This document shows, piece after piece, positions 9,828 through 20,740 of a DNA stretch of 59,573 nt (its first letter is position 1; each line of letters opens with the position of its first letter). This DNA is from Bacteroidales bacterium (lineage in GTDB: Bacteria; Bacteroidota; Bacteroidia; Bacteroidales; WCHB1-69): contig JAFZUH010000199.1 of NCBI GenBank assembly GCA_017618435.1, forward strand, positions 1 through 59,573, in the 5' to 3' direction. A model generated the notes under the pieces. That model did no database searches. It worked only from the letters and a program-made list of their open reading frames with translations, and was not told the DNA's origin. Position numbers and translations under genes: made by a program.

Positions 9828-10421
9828 ATGAAATTCGTCAAGATAATCGCTTTATTCGCCGTTGTGCTGATGTCAACAGGGGCATGCCGTCACCAAGAGG
9901 TTTACATGCCCAAACAACGAGGCTATTACAGAATCAATATTCCTGATACCGGTTATCAGGCCTTGTCACCTGAATATCCTTATTTTTTTGAATATTCACA
10001 ATATGCCTATATTGACGACTATAACCTGCACGATTCCGCACAATATTGGATCAATGTGGCCTACCCTCAACTCAACGCCGTAATCTATATCAGCTATCGT
10101 ACATTTCATGGCGATTCCGCATTAAATGTCATGATTAACGACTCCCGATCCATGGTTTTCAAGCAAATCAGCAAGGCTGATGATGTCATAGAGTCGGTTA
10201 TCAGAGACGACAGTGCCCGTGTTTATGGCAAAACATACGAAATTAAAGGCAACGAAGCTGCCTGTCCTTTTCAAATGTGGATGACCGACAGAAACAAACA
10301 TTTTTTTAGGGCATCGCTTTATTTCGGATGCAAACCCAACAACGATTCCCTGCAACCTGCCATTGACTATATCGGTAAAGATATCATGCACATGATTAAT
10401 ACTTTTAAATGGACCTACTGA
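9828..10421 (+). CDS. gldD: GldD-like lipoprotein
   Basis: 197 aa with a signal/lipobox-like N-terminus (LMSTGAC). Blocks PKQRGYYRINIP, AVIYISYR, KADDVIESV and ASLYFGCKPNNDSLQPA match my recollection of Flavobacterium GldD. Confidence 0.5.
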   Translation: MKFVKIIALFAVVLMSTGACRHQEVYMPKQRGYYRINIPDTGYQALSPEYPYFFEYSQYAYIDDYNLHDSAQYWINVAYPQLNAVIYISYRTFHGDSALNVMINDSRSMVFKQISKADDVIESVIRDDSARVYGKTYEIKGNEAACPFQMWMTDRNKHFFRASLYFGCKPNNDSLQPAIDYIGKDIMHMINTFKWTY

Positions 10422-10422
10422 T

Positions 10423-11388
10423 ATGAACACCAATACTATATTTCTTAAGCTACTGAGTTACAAATGGGTAAGAAAAGTCATTTCTTGGCTAAGAAAACTT
10501 GTATTACCTTTTTTTGACGGAGTACCTTTATTCGACGTATTGGTATATTTTATCAAAGGCTTGGTCAAAGGGGAATTATCCATAAGAGCCGCCGCATTGT
10601 CGTACAATTTTTTTATGGCTCTGTTCCCTTTGATATTGTTTTTCTTTACCATTATAGCATATCTCCCCTTAGACGCCTATATTCCGGTAGCCTACGATTT
10701 TATTGCCGAAATGGTGCCGTCGCAAGCCTATGATATGGTAATGAAAACCATCAACGGCATACTGACTAAAAACGGAACTTTACTTTCTATCAGTATCATA
10801 TTCACTTTCTATTTTGCCACACGAGGTATTCGCGCTATGATAAAAACTTTTAACGACAGCTATCATACCCTGGAATCCCGTTCGGGCATTATGCAGATAG
10901 TGATTTCCTTATTGTTGCTTTTGGTGATCACCATAATGATAATATTGGTATTTACCGCCATAATCATCAACAAGCAATTATTTATCAGCATAGTAGCCAA
11001 CACCTCCATCAACATAGTGATATGGAAATGGATATTCGGCTTCAGCAAGTGGATATTAGTGGTGTTGTTAATGTTTTTTTCCATATCCCTTATATACTAT
11101 TTGGCTCCCGCAAAAAAATCCCGTTTCCGTTTTTTTTCCGCAGGGTCATCGTTGGCTACCGCACTGATTATACTTTCAAGTTTCGGCTTTGATTTTTATA
11201 TCTCCAACTTTTCCAATTACAATGCTGTATATGGTTCTATCGGAACGCTGATTATAGTATTGATATGGATACAATTGATATCGATGATACTACTTATCGG
11301 TTTTGAGCTCAATGCCAGTATCAAAAATGCCAAAAGGCGCAAGCAAACGGCTTCTGCCGATCCGCTTAAACTCTATACACAAAAATAA
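10423..11388 (+). CDS. YihY/BrkB family membrane protein
   Basis: 321 aa, multi-TM. AAALSYNFFMALFPLILFF is characteristic of the family. There is a TGATATG junction with the upstream gene. Confidence 0.8.
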   Translation: MNTNTIFLKLLSYKWVRKVISWLRKLVLPFFDGVPLFDVLVYFIKGLVKGELSIRAAALSYNFFMALFPLILFFFTIIAYLPLDAYIPVAYDFIAEMVPSQAYDMVMKTINGILTKNGTLLSISIIFTFYFATRGIRAMIKTFNDSYHTLESRSGIMQIVISLLLLLVITIMIILVFTAIIINKQLFISIVANTSINIVIWKWIFGFSKWILVVLLMFFSISLIYYLAPAKKSRFRFFSAGSSLATALIILSSFGFDFYISNFSNYNAVYGSIGTLIIVLIWIQLISMILLIGFELNASIKNAKRRKQTASADPLKLYTQK

Positions 11389-11391
11389 CAC

Positions 11392-11883
11392 ATGATGCAG
11401 AAAAAAATCACATTGGAATACGAATACTTTACTGATATCAATTGCTTACCCGCAACGCTACAGCAATTGGTCAAGGCTGCCAGAAACAACACCTTGCAGG
11501 CCTATGCTCCCTATTCACATTTTAAAGTAGGTGCTGCAGTATTGCTTGACAATGGTATCATCATCAACGGAAACAATCAGGAAAACGCTTCTTATCCGCA
11601 AGGCATGTGTGCCGAAAGGGTGGCTATGTTTCAAGCATCGGCACTCTACCCTGACAATGCCATGATTGCCATTGCCATTTGCGGCAATCCTGAAGGTTTT
11701 GCTCTCACTCACCCGCTCTCCCCGTGCGGCGGTTGCAGACAAGTGATGCTGGAATATGAAAAAAAAAGCGGACAAAACATGAAGGTGATCCTTTGTACCA
11801 TGCAAGACGAATACATAGTATTTGACAATGCCGGCATGCTTTTACCCTTCAATTTTTCAAAAGATGATTTACTTACTAAATAA
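11392..11883 (+). CDS. cdd: cytidine deaminase
   Basis: 163 aa with zinc motifs CAERVA and PCGGCRQ. Confidence 0.9.
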   Translation: MMQKKITLEYEYFTDINCLPATLQQLVKAARNNTLQAYAPYSHFKVGAAVLLDNGIIINGNNQENASYPQGMCAERVAMFQASALYPDNAMIAIAICGNPEGFALTHPLSPCGGCRQVMLEYEKKSGQNMKVILCTMQDEYIVFDNAGMLLPFNFSKDDLLTK

Positions 11884-11956
11884 TATCCCCTATTTGAAAA
11901 AAAAATGCTAAATTCGCCTATTGTTAAATATATACTCATATAAGTATTATCATCAC

Positions 11957-12724
11957 ATGAAGAAAATTGTTTTATTGTTGACTATCATTTGTTTAGGAGC
12001 TGTCTCTTATGGCCAGCAAGGAGATACAACACAAGTGAACACGTCGAAAAAAGTGAAAAAAAACACACAAATACAACACACTATTGACGACTATATAAAA
12101 CCCATATTGTATAAAGACAGAATAGTATTGGATTTTTTAAACACCATGTGGTTCGGTTTTAAACAAGACAATAAATTTATAGACCCCAATGTAAAACCGC
12201 ATTATTTCAATTTCAGTTTTACAGGTGCCGTCATATTCGATATCCCTGTCAAAAAGAACAATCCGTTCAGTTTTGGCATAGGTTTGGGTGTAAGCAATTA
12301 CAATATGTATTCCAACGGTATTTTCGGCATAGGAGAAGGTTATACAGCCACACTCACCCCTATTCCCGACTATATCACCAAATATCGCAAAAATAAAATG
12401 TCGTACACTAACTTACACATTCCATTGGAATTCCGTTACAGGCACAAATGCGGATTCAAAATTTCAGCGGGTGTGCGTGTGGGTATCATCCTGGACCTTC
12501 ATAGCAAATATTTCGGTCCGGCTCTTGACGGCAGCGAAGACAAAGATTTGATAAAAGACTATAAATTGGTAAACCGCACCAAAATTCCGGTAGAAGTAAC
12601 CTTCCGCACCGGATGGAAATTTGTGGGTGTTACCGCCAACTATATGGTCACCAAATTGTTTGAAGCCGAAAAAGGTCCTCAAATATGCCCCTTCTCCTTC
12701 GGAATTTCTCTATGTCCTTACTAA
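11957..12724 (+). CDS. outer-membrane beta-barrel (porin-family) protein
   Basis: Signal peptide MKKIVLLLTIICLGAVSYGQ, alternating beta-strand pattern and an aromatic C-terminus. The track ORF starts 12 codons earlier, at 11921. Confidence 0.55.
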   Translation: MKKIVLLLTIICLGAVSYGQQGDTTQVNTSKKVKKNTQIQHTIDDYIKPILYKDRIVLDFLNTMWFGFKQDNKFIDPNVKPHYFNFSFTGAVIFDIPVKKNNPFSFGIGLGVSNYNMYSNGIFGIGEGYTATLTPIPDYITKYRKNKMSYTNLHIPLEFRYRHKCGFKISAGVRVGIILDLHSKYFGPALDGSEDKDLIKDYKLVNRTKIPVEVTFRTGWKFVGVTANYMVTKLFEAEKGPQICPFSFGISLCPY

Positions 12725-12749
12725 CGGCACAGTTCAAAAATATAATCAG

Positions 12750-12773
12750 GCACCGGTAACGGTGCTTTTTTTT
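12750..12773 (+). terminator. intrinsic terminator
   Basis: GCACCG-GTAA-CGGTGC followed by T8, between convergent genes. Confidence 0.7.
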
Positions 12774-12846
12774 CTTCCGGTTACTAGAAAAGAAAATTCA
12801 ACTCAACAGTCAAAAAGCAACATTTCTCAGGATCATTGCCCGAAAA

Positions 12847-15060
12847 TTATTTTGTCCTGCTATAATATTTTTGCAATTGACGGTTGACAAAAGGAATTTT
12901 TTCGCTCACGCTGAACAACACAGGAGGAATCAAATAAGCCATCAGCACCACTGCACTCATTCCTATCAACACCACGGAACCGAGTGAATTCATGGCGGGG
13001 TGTTTGGCAAACACCAATACCCCTATGGCCACCAACATGATAACGGCCGAAAGGATAATGGATTGCTTATATTGATTCAACATAGGCCTGCCGTTTCTTT
13101 TTTCATATAAAATGCCTTCCACCACAAAAATGGTATAGTCATCCCCTTGCCCAAAAATAAAGGTAGCCAAAATAATGTTCACAATATTGAATTGTATTCC
13201 GAACAACTGCATAAAGGCTACTATTAATATCCAGCTGAGCGCCATAGGGAGAAAGGCTATCATTCCTATCAGGACACTTCTGAAACTCAAACACAGGAAC
13301 ACGAACACTATTATAGAGCACAGCATGGTAACATAATCAAAATTTCCGCTTAACAAATCCACTATGCGGGTATTCATGGCTGTGGTGTTAAACCTGCCGG
13401 GCCACAATGCGGCCAAGGTGTCGGATGAATTCAAATCCGAGGGTTGATATTCCGTGCTGATTCTATTGATAAAAGGCTGCAATAAATCAGGTTTAATACC
13501 TGTTGCTTCCGCCTGAAGGGTCAAATTTTCGGAAATAGCATCCACATTTTGCCTCCGCCAAAAATCATTCCATACATTCACCCTATGATGCAATTCTTCC
13601 CTGGCTTCTTCCACGGTGTAAGCCGTTTGACGGGATGCGGCGTTGAATTTTTCAAAAAAAGCCAAATCCGACTTTTGCTGTTCTGTCATATAATTGATAT
13701 GACTGATATCGGCGTCAAACAATTCATACGGATGCATTGTCACCACTAAAGCCGTCACTATAAGAGTGAGCGCTATTGCTATTGAAGCAACGCGAAAGGA
13801 AATATATTTTTTCCATTTTTGACCCCAAGGAAGATGTATCTCTCTTGTTTTTGCATGATATTGCCGCATAAAATGCGGTAAAAACAATATACAAAACAAT
13901 ATCGTACTTGCCAAATCGGCCGCAGCGAACACCCCTAACTGACATAATGCTGACGACTTTAACGGAATTAAAGTCATAAAAGCGGCAATGGTGGTAATAT
14001 TGCCTATGGTCAAAGGAAGAATCACTTCTTGCAATGTTTGCTGCACGGAGGCAGTATAGCGCTGATGTACCAACAAATGCAGAGGATAGTTGACGGAAAT
14101 ACCTATTAACACCGCACCTATACCCAACACAATGACAGATACTTTATCAAACACTATCGCCAACGCGGCCATACCTCCCAGCCAACCGAATGCAACGGAA
14201 AGAAGAATAAGGAGTATGTCTCTTTTTTTGGGAAAAGCATAAAACAACAAAGCCAATATCAGCAATAGCGATACCACAACAGCCATCAGGGAATCGTGTT
14301 TAATACATTTGGCGTTAGCCACCGCTATTACAGGAGCGCCAAGCAGGCGCACAGATACGGCAGTATGATTGGCATTCACTTTGGCACATACATCTTCCAA
14401 TGTATCCGCCAACAATTCGTTCCGGGCCGATTCCATGCTGCCGTAAGGGGAATCGTAAAAAGCAAAGCCATATTTTAAATCCGAAGTCATCATATAACCG
14501 TTGTAAGCGGCAAAAGAGGATTGTGCTACCGCATATTGTCCGGATGCGATATCGGATACGGGAATCAGTTGCAACGGGTCGTTGGCAATGGAAGACACTA
14601 AAAACGATGTGCCGGGAGTGGTGAGTATTTGCTTATCCGACACAAGCAGCTGTTGCATCTGATTAGCGTTTAACTTATCTTGCAATTCCACGTAATCGCT
14701 ATCGGACAAAAAATAAGGCATGTGCTCATACACAAACTGCAATCTGTCCAAAAAAGCATCCATATCCAATTCCGTGATGGCGTCAGGCAAATACGCTCCT
14801 GCTTCATCTATGGCCGCAATAATGCTGTCGGGATGAGTGCCTTCAAATATCATGACTATGCGCTGCGATTCGCTTAATGCGGAAAATATTTTGACAGACT
14901 CTTCATATTCTTTATCTTCGGGTATAAAATCAAAAATATTTTCATCATATTCCAGCGAAACAGACAATAATACAAGTATGACAGACAAGATACCCAGTCC
15001 GCTCCACAACAATAGACGATGTTGTTGAAAATACCTGTATATTTTAATGAACGCGTTCAT
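12847..15060 (-). CDS. MMPL/RND-like membrane exporter
   Basis: 737 aa with two clusters of TM helices separated by soluble domains. Last gene of the lipid-tailoring block. Confidence 0.65.
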   Translation of the reverse strand: MNAFIKIYRYFQQHRLLLWSGLGILSVILVLLSVSLEYDENIFDFIPEDKEYEESVKIFSALSESQRIVMIFEGTHPDSIIAAIDEAGAYLPDAITELDMDAFLDRLQFVYEHMPYFLSDSDYVELQDKLNANQMQQLLVSDKQILTTPGTSFLVSSIANDPLQLIPVSDIASGQYAVAQSSFAAYNGYMMTSDLKYGFAFYDSPYGSMESARNELLADTLEDVCAKVNANHTAVSVRLLGAPVIAVANAKCIKHDSLMAVVVSLLLILALLFYAFPKKRDILLILLSVAFGWLGGMAALAIVFDKVSVIVLGIGAVLIGISVNYPLHLLVHQRYTASVQQTLQEVILPLTIGNITTIAAFMTLIPLKSSALCQLGVFAAADLASTILFCILFLPHFMRQYHAKTREIHLPWGQKWKKYISFRVASIAIALTLIVTALVVTMHPYELFDADISHINYMTEQQKSDLAFFEKFNAASRQTAYTVEEAREELHHRVNVWNDFWRRQNVDAISENLTLQAEATGIKPDLLQPFINRISTEYQPSDLNSSDTLAALWPGRFNTTAMNTRIVDLLSGNFDYVTMLCSIIVFVFLCLSFRSVLIGMIAFLPMALSWILIVAFMQLFGIQFNIVNIILATFIFGQGDDYTIFVVEGILYEKRNGRPMLNQYKQSIILSAVIMLVAIGVLVFAKHPAMNSLGSVVLIGMSAVVLMAYLIPPVLFSVSEKIPFVNRQLQKYYSRTK

Positions 15061-16366
15061 CTATGAATTTGATGGGTTTACGGGATTTGGCGGGAAAATT
15101 GATTTGCTGAATTACATCTATGGGCAATATTTCTATTTGAGGAGCCACTCTTAATCGGGCTCTGAATTTGTCCTTCAAGTCTTTTACCACCACATTGCCG
15201 CTCAAATCGATATCGGGTTTCAGCCCCACCCTTACTATCACTTCATCGGTACCTGTTGACATGGTTCGAGCCACCACCACATAATTTTGAATATAATCGG
15301 TATTGTCCAAAACATCATTAATGGCGGGAGGATAGATGGTAGTACCTTTAAATTTGAGCATATTGTTTTTACGTCCTATCAAAGGTGTGAGTCTGTAAGA
15401 ATTCCTGCCGCAAGCGCATGCACCGGTCATTTTAGTGGCGATATCACCCGTGCGGAAACGAAGCAAAGGCATGGCTTCCACACCCAAAGTGGTTATCACT
15501 ATTTCCCCGGGGCATCCGTCGGGTACAGGTTGTCCGTCTTCCCCTATTATTTCTACTATGATTAATTCCGGATGCACATGTCCTCCGCAGGCATAAGGGC
15601 ATTCCGAAAACGTTGCCGACATTTCCGTTGAGGAATAGGTGGCATACAATTCCACTTCCGGCCATTTGTCGTGGATACGTTGTCCCAACAAATTAAGAGA
15701 GAAATCTTGATTGCGAAGGCCTTCGCCTATTCCGATAATTTTTTGAATAGACGAACGCTTATAATCAATATTATGTTGTTCTGCATATTCTATCAATCGC
15801 AATATAAACGAAGGAACGCACATCACCGCATTAGGATGCAAGCGCTCTATGGTATCCCATTGCAGTTCGGGAATGCCGTTGCCTACCCTGACCACTCCCA
15901 CTCCCAACTTGCGCAAACCCAACCAATAAGCCAAACCTGCCATAAAACGTTTGTCCAAGGTGGTCATCAATTGAAGCACATTTCCTTTTTTTAGTCCTGC
16001 ACATGCAAACGATTTGGCTTCATTATATGCCAAGCGTTGCAAATCGCTTTCGGTGCAACCGAAAGTCACAGGATCGCCCAATGTTCCGGAAGTGGTGATA
16101 TAGTCTATGATTTTTTCCCGGGGCACACATAAAAAATCATCATTATACAATTGCAAATCCTGTTTCTCGGTAAAAGGGAGCCCGTTGAGGTCTTCCAGCT
16201 TACGAATATGCTTTATATCCACCCCGTGTTCCTTAAACACGGTTCGGTAAAACGGGGACCGCTTTTGTAAATACGCCAATTGCTTTTTCAGCAATTGTTC
16301 CTGATAACTTTTAATAGTCTCTACTGATTCAAATTCAATATCCATTGCAAAAAAGTCTGTTTCCAT
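15044..16366 (-). CDS. phenylacetate-CoA ligase-like adenylate-forming enzyme (PaaK/F390 synthetase family)
   Basis: 440 aa with TSGTLGDP (AMP-binding P-loop), YSSTE and FRTGD motifs. The start may be M8 at 16345. Confidence 0.75.
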   Translation of the reverse strand: METDFFAMDIEFESVETIKSYQEQLLKKQLAYLQKRSPFYRTVFKEHGVDIKHIRKLEDLNGLPFTEKQDLQLYNDDFLCVPREKIIDYITTSGTLGDPVTFGCTESDLQRLAYNEAKSFACAGLKKGNVLQLMTTLDKRFMAGLAYWLGLRKLGVGVVRVGNGIPELQWDTIERLHPNAVMCVPSFILRLIEYAEQHNIDYKRSSIQKIIGIGEGLRNQDFSLNLLGQRIHDKWPEVELYATYSSTEMSATFSECPYACGGHVHPELIIVEIIGEDGQPVPDGCPGEIVITTLGVEAMPLLRFRTGDIATKMTGACACGRNSYRLTPLIGRKNNMLKFKGTTIYPPAINDVLDNTDYIQNYVVVARTMSTGTDEVIVRVGLKPDIDLSGNVVVKDLKDKFRARLRVAPQIEILPIDVIQQINFPAKSRKPIKFIDERVH

Positions 16367-17145
16367 TGTTGTGACTCGCTTGTACCTTTGCTTTCGGAAG
16401 CGCCAAAACCGTGACCTCCCGTTTCGTATTGTATATATATGTGCGGAATTTGATTGGCTGTAAGGGCGGAATCCAACAATTCCGAATTCTGATATTTCAC
16501 TATAGGGTCATCTTGACAATTAACAAGAAAAACAGGAGGGCAATCGGGCGTGATATGTTTTTCCAAAGACAGTGAATCCCGCATGGTTTTATTCCATTGA
16601 CGCCACACGCCAAGCGCTCCCCTGCGGCTACGCCGGTGTGTATAGTCCGGATGGCTCATGGATACCACAGGATATACGGGACATAAAAAAACAGGCTTAT
16701 ACACGGTACGATTATACAGATAAGAAGACATGCACAAATGACCTCCCGCCGAAAATCCCATAACTCCTATCTTTTTAGTATCCACTCCGTCTTCTTGAGC
16801 ATGCTTGTATACATATTCCAAGGCAGCCTCCACATCTTCAAGCATATCAGGATATTTATGCCCTATCCCCAACACCCTGAAACCGGTAATATAAGCCGCT
16901 ACCGTTGCCACTCTATACTTCAGCACATAGGCATTAATACCATGGGATTGCAACCATTCGGCCACACCCTCTCCTTCTGTTTTCATATCCAACCAGGAAT
17001 AACTTCCTCCGGGACATACTATAACGGCAATACCGGTATTGTTGGCGGAATCCGCCAAATATGGTTTCAACACCACTTTGGTTGTATTGGCTTGTGCATA
17101 TAATGAGATAAGCGAAAATAATAAAAATAAAATATACCTCATCAT
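16321..17145 (-). CDS. secreted alpha/beta-hydrolase (esterase/lipase)
   Basis: 274 aa with a signal peptide, the GFSAGGH nucleophile elbow and a C-terminal GGHGF. Confidence 0.7.
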   Translation of the reverse strand: MMRYILFLLFSLISLYAQANTTKVVLKPYLADSANNTGIAVIVCPGGSYSWLDMKTEGEGVAEWLQSHGINAYVLKYRVATVAAYITGFRVLGIGHKYPDMLEDVEAALEYVYKHAQEDGVDTKKIGVMGFSAGGHLCMSSYLYNRTVYKPVFLCPVYPVVSMSHPDYTHRRSRRGALGVWRQWNKTMRDSLSLEKHITPDCPPVFLVNCQDDPIVKYQNSELLDSALTANQIPHIYIQYETGGHGFGASESKGTSESQQWKQTFLQWILNLNQ

Positions 17146-17146
17146 A

Positions 17147-18562
17147 TCAACTGTGTGCTATTAGTTGCCAATAATATTTACGTATCAACCGGGAGCGTTC
17201 ACGATAATCCGCGCCATACGAAGCATCGTCCGGCTGTATCAATGGCAATATTGTTACCTTTAGCTCTTCCGGTGTGCCTACATGAAACGGTGATTTGGAC
17301 AATCCTTGTCCGAATCCATCCAATAAAATAGGGCAAATAGGCAATTGCATTTGCTCTGCCAAATAAAAAGCCCCTCTGTGAAATCTTCCCAACTCCCCTG
17401 TTACGGAGCGCGTGCCTTCAGGGAATATGGCGATGGAATATCCGTTGTTGACATATTCTTGCATAGTACCGGCCATATTATCCCATCCTTCTTCTATGGA
17501 GATAACCCCCATCGACTTGGCCACCCTGCCAAAGAAGATATTGTTCAATATCCATCCTTTGGCCATTATCAGCATACGTTCATGCAATGAAATAATTGCC
17601 AAAATATCCAATAAAGAAGTATGATTGGCAATATATATACAAGGCTTGTTCACATCTATACCGGACGTTTCCCGTGCATAACACACCTTATACGGGGCAT
17701 TGGGAAATGCCGACAAAAAAAACCTGGATCCCCGCAATAATCGCAACCGTAACAATACAGACATATCTTTGGGCTTAAAAAGATGATAAAAATCCCGTAT
17801 GATATTGGCCCAAATGGCAAACAATACAAACAGGAAGCTATAATACACCGTTCTCCAATAACTACGGGGCCAACCGTACACTATTGCCAATATACACAAC
17901 AGCGTGTTTAAAACAGATATACGTGTAAAATCCCTTACCGGTCTGAAATAAGAAACCCTCTCTTCTACAGGAGGATAATACACTCTTACCTGCACCGGGA
18001 TTACCGGCGTATTCGCCCATGCCGAAAACACCAGCAACATCAATTCAGCCTCATAGCGATGTGTCATCAAATGCAATCCGTGCAGACCCTGTAAAGGATA
18101 TACTCTAAACCCCGTTTGGGTATCGGACAAGGAGATTCCTGTTTGGAATGCATACCAAAAATTAGAAAACCTGTTGGCAAAAGTATTTTTTAAAGGCATG
18201 TTTTTTTGCGATAATATCCTGCTGCCCAAAATAATAGCCTCCGGACGGACTGCAGACATACGCAACAATGCCGGTATATCTTCCGGATAATGCTGCCCGT
18301 CTGAATCGATGGTGAGCACATGGGTATAACCCAACTCCCGGGCTTTGAGAAAACCTTGTTTAAGGGCATAGCCTTTACCTTTATTAACGGCATAGGAAAC
18401 GATTACCAACTTGTCGTTTTGGATGGTTTCCAACGATTCCAAAGTGCCGTCTGTAGGACCATCCGCCACCACTATCACAGGAAGATACTCCAATGTTTGG
18501 AGCACTATGTCTTTGGCTGTAGCCAAATTATTGTATGTAGGTATTACCGCACAAGTTCTCAC
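17147..18562 (-). CDS. fusion protein: family-2 glycosyltransferase (N-terminal) plus lysophospholipid acyltransferase (C-terminal)
   Basis: 471 aa. The N-terminus reads VIPTYNN...DSDGQH (GT2). TM segments sit in the middle. NHTSLLD and FPEGTRS (PlsC-type HX4D/EGTR motifs) are in the C-terminal part. Confidence 0.75.
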   Translation of the reverse strand: MRTCAVIPTYNNLATAKDIVLQTLEYLPVIVVADGPTDGTLESLETIQNDKLVIVSYAVNKGKGYALKQGFLKARELGYTHVLTIDSDGQHYPEDIPALLRMSAVRPEAIILGSRILSQKNMPLKNTFANRFSNFWYAFQTGISLSDTQTGFRVYPLQGLHGLHLMTHRYEAELMLLVFSAWANTPVIPVQVRVYYPPVEERVSYFRPVRDFTRISVLNTLLCILAIVYGWPRSYWRTVYYSFLFVLFAIWANIIRDFYHLFKPKDMSVLLRLRLLRGSRFFLSAFPNAPYKVCYARETSGIDVNKPCIYIANHTSLLDILAIISLHERMLIMAKGWILNNIFFGRVAKSMGVISIEEGWDNMAGTMQEYVNNGYSIAIFPEGTRSVTGELGRFHRGAFYLAEQMQLPICPILLDGFGQGLSKSPFHVGTPEELKVTILPLIQPDDASYGADYRERSRLIRKYYWQLIAHS

Positions 18563-19290
18563 GAATACAAGCCGCCGTTAATATTGATACATTCTCCCGT
18601 TATATACGATGCTTCTTTTGACACCAAGAAATTCACAAGTGATGCCACCTCTTCGGGCTCTCCGAAACGGGCCATGGGAATCATCTGCTTGAGCGACATT
18701 TCATCCAGGCCTTCCACCATATCGGTACGGATAAAGCCGGGGGCAACCGCATTCACTGTAATTTTCTTTTTGGCAAGCTCTTGCGCCAACGATTTGGTGG
18801 CAGCTATCAATCCGCCTTTGGATGCAGCATAATTGGTTTGTCCTGCCACTCCTTTTAATCCGGACAATGAGGCTATATTCACTATACGCCCGTTCCTGTG
18901 ACGCACCATTTGGGGAATCAGCAAACGGGTAAGATAAAAAAAAGACAATAAATTATTTTGTATCACCCGCTCAAAATCGCTTACATCCATCAAGGCCATC
19001 AGTTCATCACTGCGTATGCCGGCATTGTTAACCAATACGGATATATAATCGTCGGGATGTAACTGCTGCCAATTGTCTATGGCTGCCATACACGCATTGT
19101 TGTCCGCAACATTGAATTTGAGCAATTCGGCAACACCTCCGTCCTGAGTGATGAGAGATAATGTTTTTTGTGCTTCCCGGTCATTAGCATGATAATTGAC
19201 AATAACTTTAAAACCATTGCGTGCAAGCAAAACCGCTATTGCTCTTCCGATTCCTCTGCTTCCGCCCGTCACTAATGCATATTCCATAAA
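18559..19290 (-). CDS. fabG: 3-oxoacyl-ACP reductase-like SDR
   Basis: TGGSRGIG, NNAG and YAASKGG motifs. The likely start is MEYALVTGG at 19290; the track ORF starts at 19365. It overlaps the next gene by 4 nt. Confidence 0.8.
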   Translation of the reverse strand, partial: FMEYALVTGGSRGIGRAIAVLLARNGFKVIVNYHANDREAQKTLSLITQDGGVAELLKFNVADNNACMAAIDNWQQLHPDDYISVLVNNAGIRSDELMALMDVSDFERVIQNNLLSFFYLTRLLIPQMVRHRNGRIVNIASLSGLKGVAGQTNYAASKGGLIAATKSLAQELAKKKITVNAVAPGFIRTDMVEGLDEMSLKQMIPMARFGEPEEVASLVNFLVSKEASYITGECININGGLYS

Positions 19291-19582
19291 ACACTTATTT
19301 ATTCTACAATTAACATCTATATATAATGGGTGCAAAATTAGTATTTTTTGCCTATTATTCTTCATTTTTTACATTTTTTTATGCTCACTTGGAAAAAAAA
19401 CGGTGGAAACGGACAAAACAACAAATATCATCACCTTGCCGTTCTTACAAAAAACACAAATAAGAGGCTGTAAAAACAATAATCACAAAAACAAGTTTGG
19501 CCGGATATTCCATTAGGAAAACTGACCGACAATAACCGGACAAGAGGGCTTGGGGGTATAATTTTCTTCAGGCCTTCTTTGA

Positions 19583-20737
19583 TTACTCAAAGAATTTTCT
19601 TACTTTTTGGAAAAAGCTGTTCTGTTTGGGTTGTTCCACTTTGAAAGTATCCGATTTCATCATCTGTTCTATCATCGCTTTTTCCTCTTTGGTAATACGC
19701 TTAGGCACCACCACATTGATGCTGACTATCAAATCGCCGCGTCCATAGCCCTGCAAGTTGGGAATACCTTTTCCGTTAAGACGCAACAAAGTGGAAGGCT
19801 GTGTGCCGGGAGCTATTTTTACTTTGGCCTTTCCTTCCAACAAAGGAATTTCCACACTATCACCCAACACCGCTTGCGGGAAAGAGATATTGAATTCGGT
19901 ATAAATATTATCTCCGTCACGTTCAAAAACAGGATGTTTTTCTTCTTCTATGAGTATCAGCAAATCTCCGGCTTCACCGTTACCTATGGCATTGCCTTTG
20001 CCTCTCATGCTCAACTGCATGCCGTCGGATACGCCTGCCGGTATTTTTATGGTAATAACATCCTCACCTTTTATTACGCCATTGCCTCCGCATTTGGGAC
20101 ATTTGTCCACTATCACTTTACCTTCTCCGTGACATTGCGGACATTCTGTCTGCACTTGCATGGCTCCGAAAAACGACTGTTGAATTTTGGTAACCACTCC
20201 CGAACCATGACAATGGCTGCAAGTAGTTATACCGCGGCTATCTTTGGCACCTGTTCCGTGACAAGTATCACATACTATGCTTTTTTGAACTTTTATATTC
20301 TTTTCTACCCCTTTGGCTATATCTTCCAGCGTGAGTTTTACTTTTATACGGATATTGGAACCTTTACGGACACGTCTTCCTCCGCTGCCACGCGATGAAA
20401 AACTGCCGAAACCGAATCCTTCGAATATAGAACCCATGTGAGCAAACAAATCCTCCATATTCATATTTTGGAAGCCGCTGAAACCGCTGGCGCTCATGCC
20501 GGCATGACCATATTTATCATAGCGGGCACGTTTGTCTGCATTGCTCAACACTTCATAAGCTTCCGCCGCCTCTTTAAACTTTTCCTCAGCCTCTTTTGCG
20601 GCAGCTTCTCCCACTTCTTCCACCCTGTTTTTATCAGGATGATATTGTAATGCTTTTTGTCTGTACGCCTTTTTGATCTCTTGTTCGGTAGCTGTTTTGC
20701 TTACCCCCAACACTTCGTAATAATCTCTTTTTTCCAT
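19583..20737 (-). CDS. dnaJ: molecular chaperone DnaJ
   Basis: 384 aa with a J domain (HPDKN), a G/F region and four CxxCxGxG zinc repeats. Confidence 0.95.
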   Translation of the reverse strand: MEKRDYYEVLGVSKTATEQEIKKAYRQKALQYHPDKNRVEEVGEAAAKEAEEKFKEAAEAYEVLSNADKRARYDKYGHAGMSASGFSGFQNMNMEDLFAHMGSIFEGFGFGSFSSRGSGGRRVRKGSNIRIKVKLTLEDIAKGVEKNIKVQKSIVCDTCHGTGAKDSRGITTCSHCHGSGVVTKIQQSFFGAMQVQTECPQCHGEGKVIVDKCPKCGGNGVIKGEDVITIKIPAGVSDGMQLSMRGKGNAIGNGEAGDLLILIEEEKHPVFERDGDNIYTEFNISFPQAVLGDSVEIPLLEGKAKVKIAPGTQPSTLLRLNGKGIPNLQGYGRGDLIVSINVVVPKRITKEEKAMIEQMMKSDTFKVEQPKQNSFFQKVRKFFE

Positions 20738-20740
20738 CTT

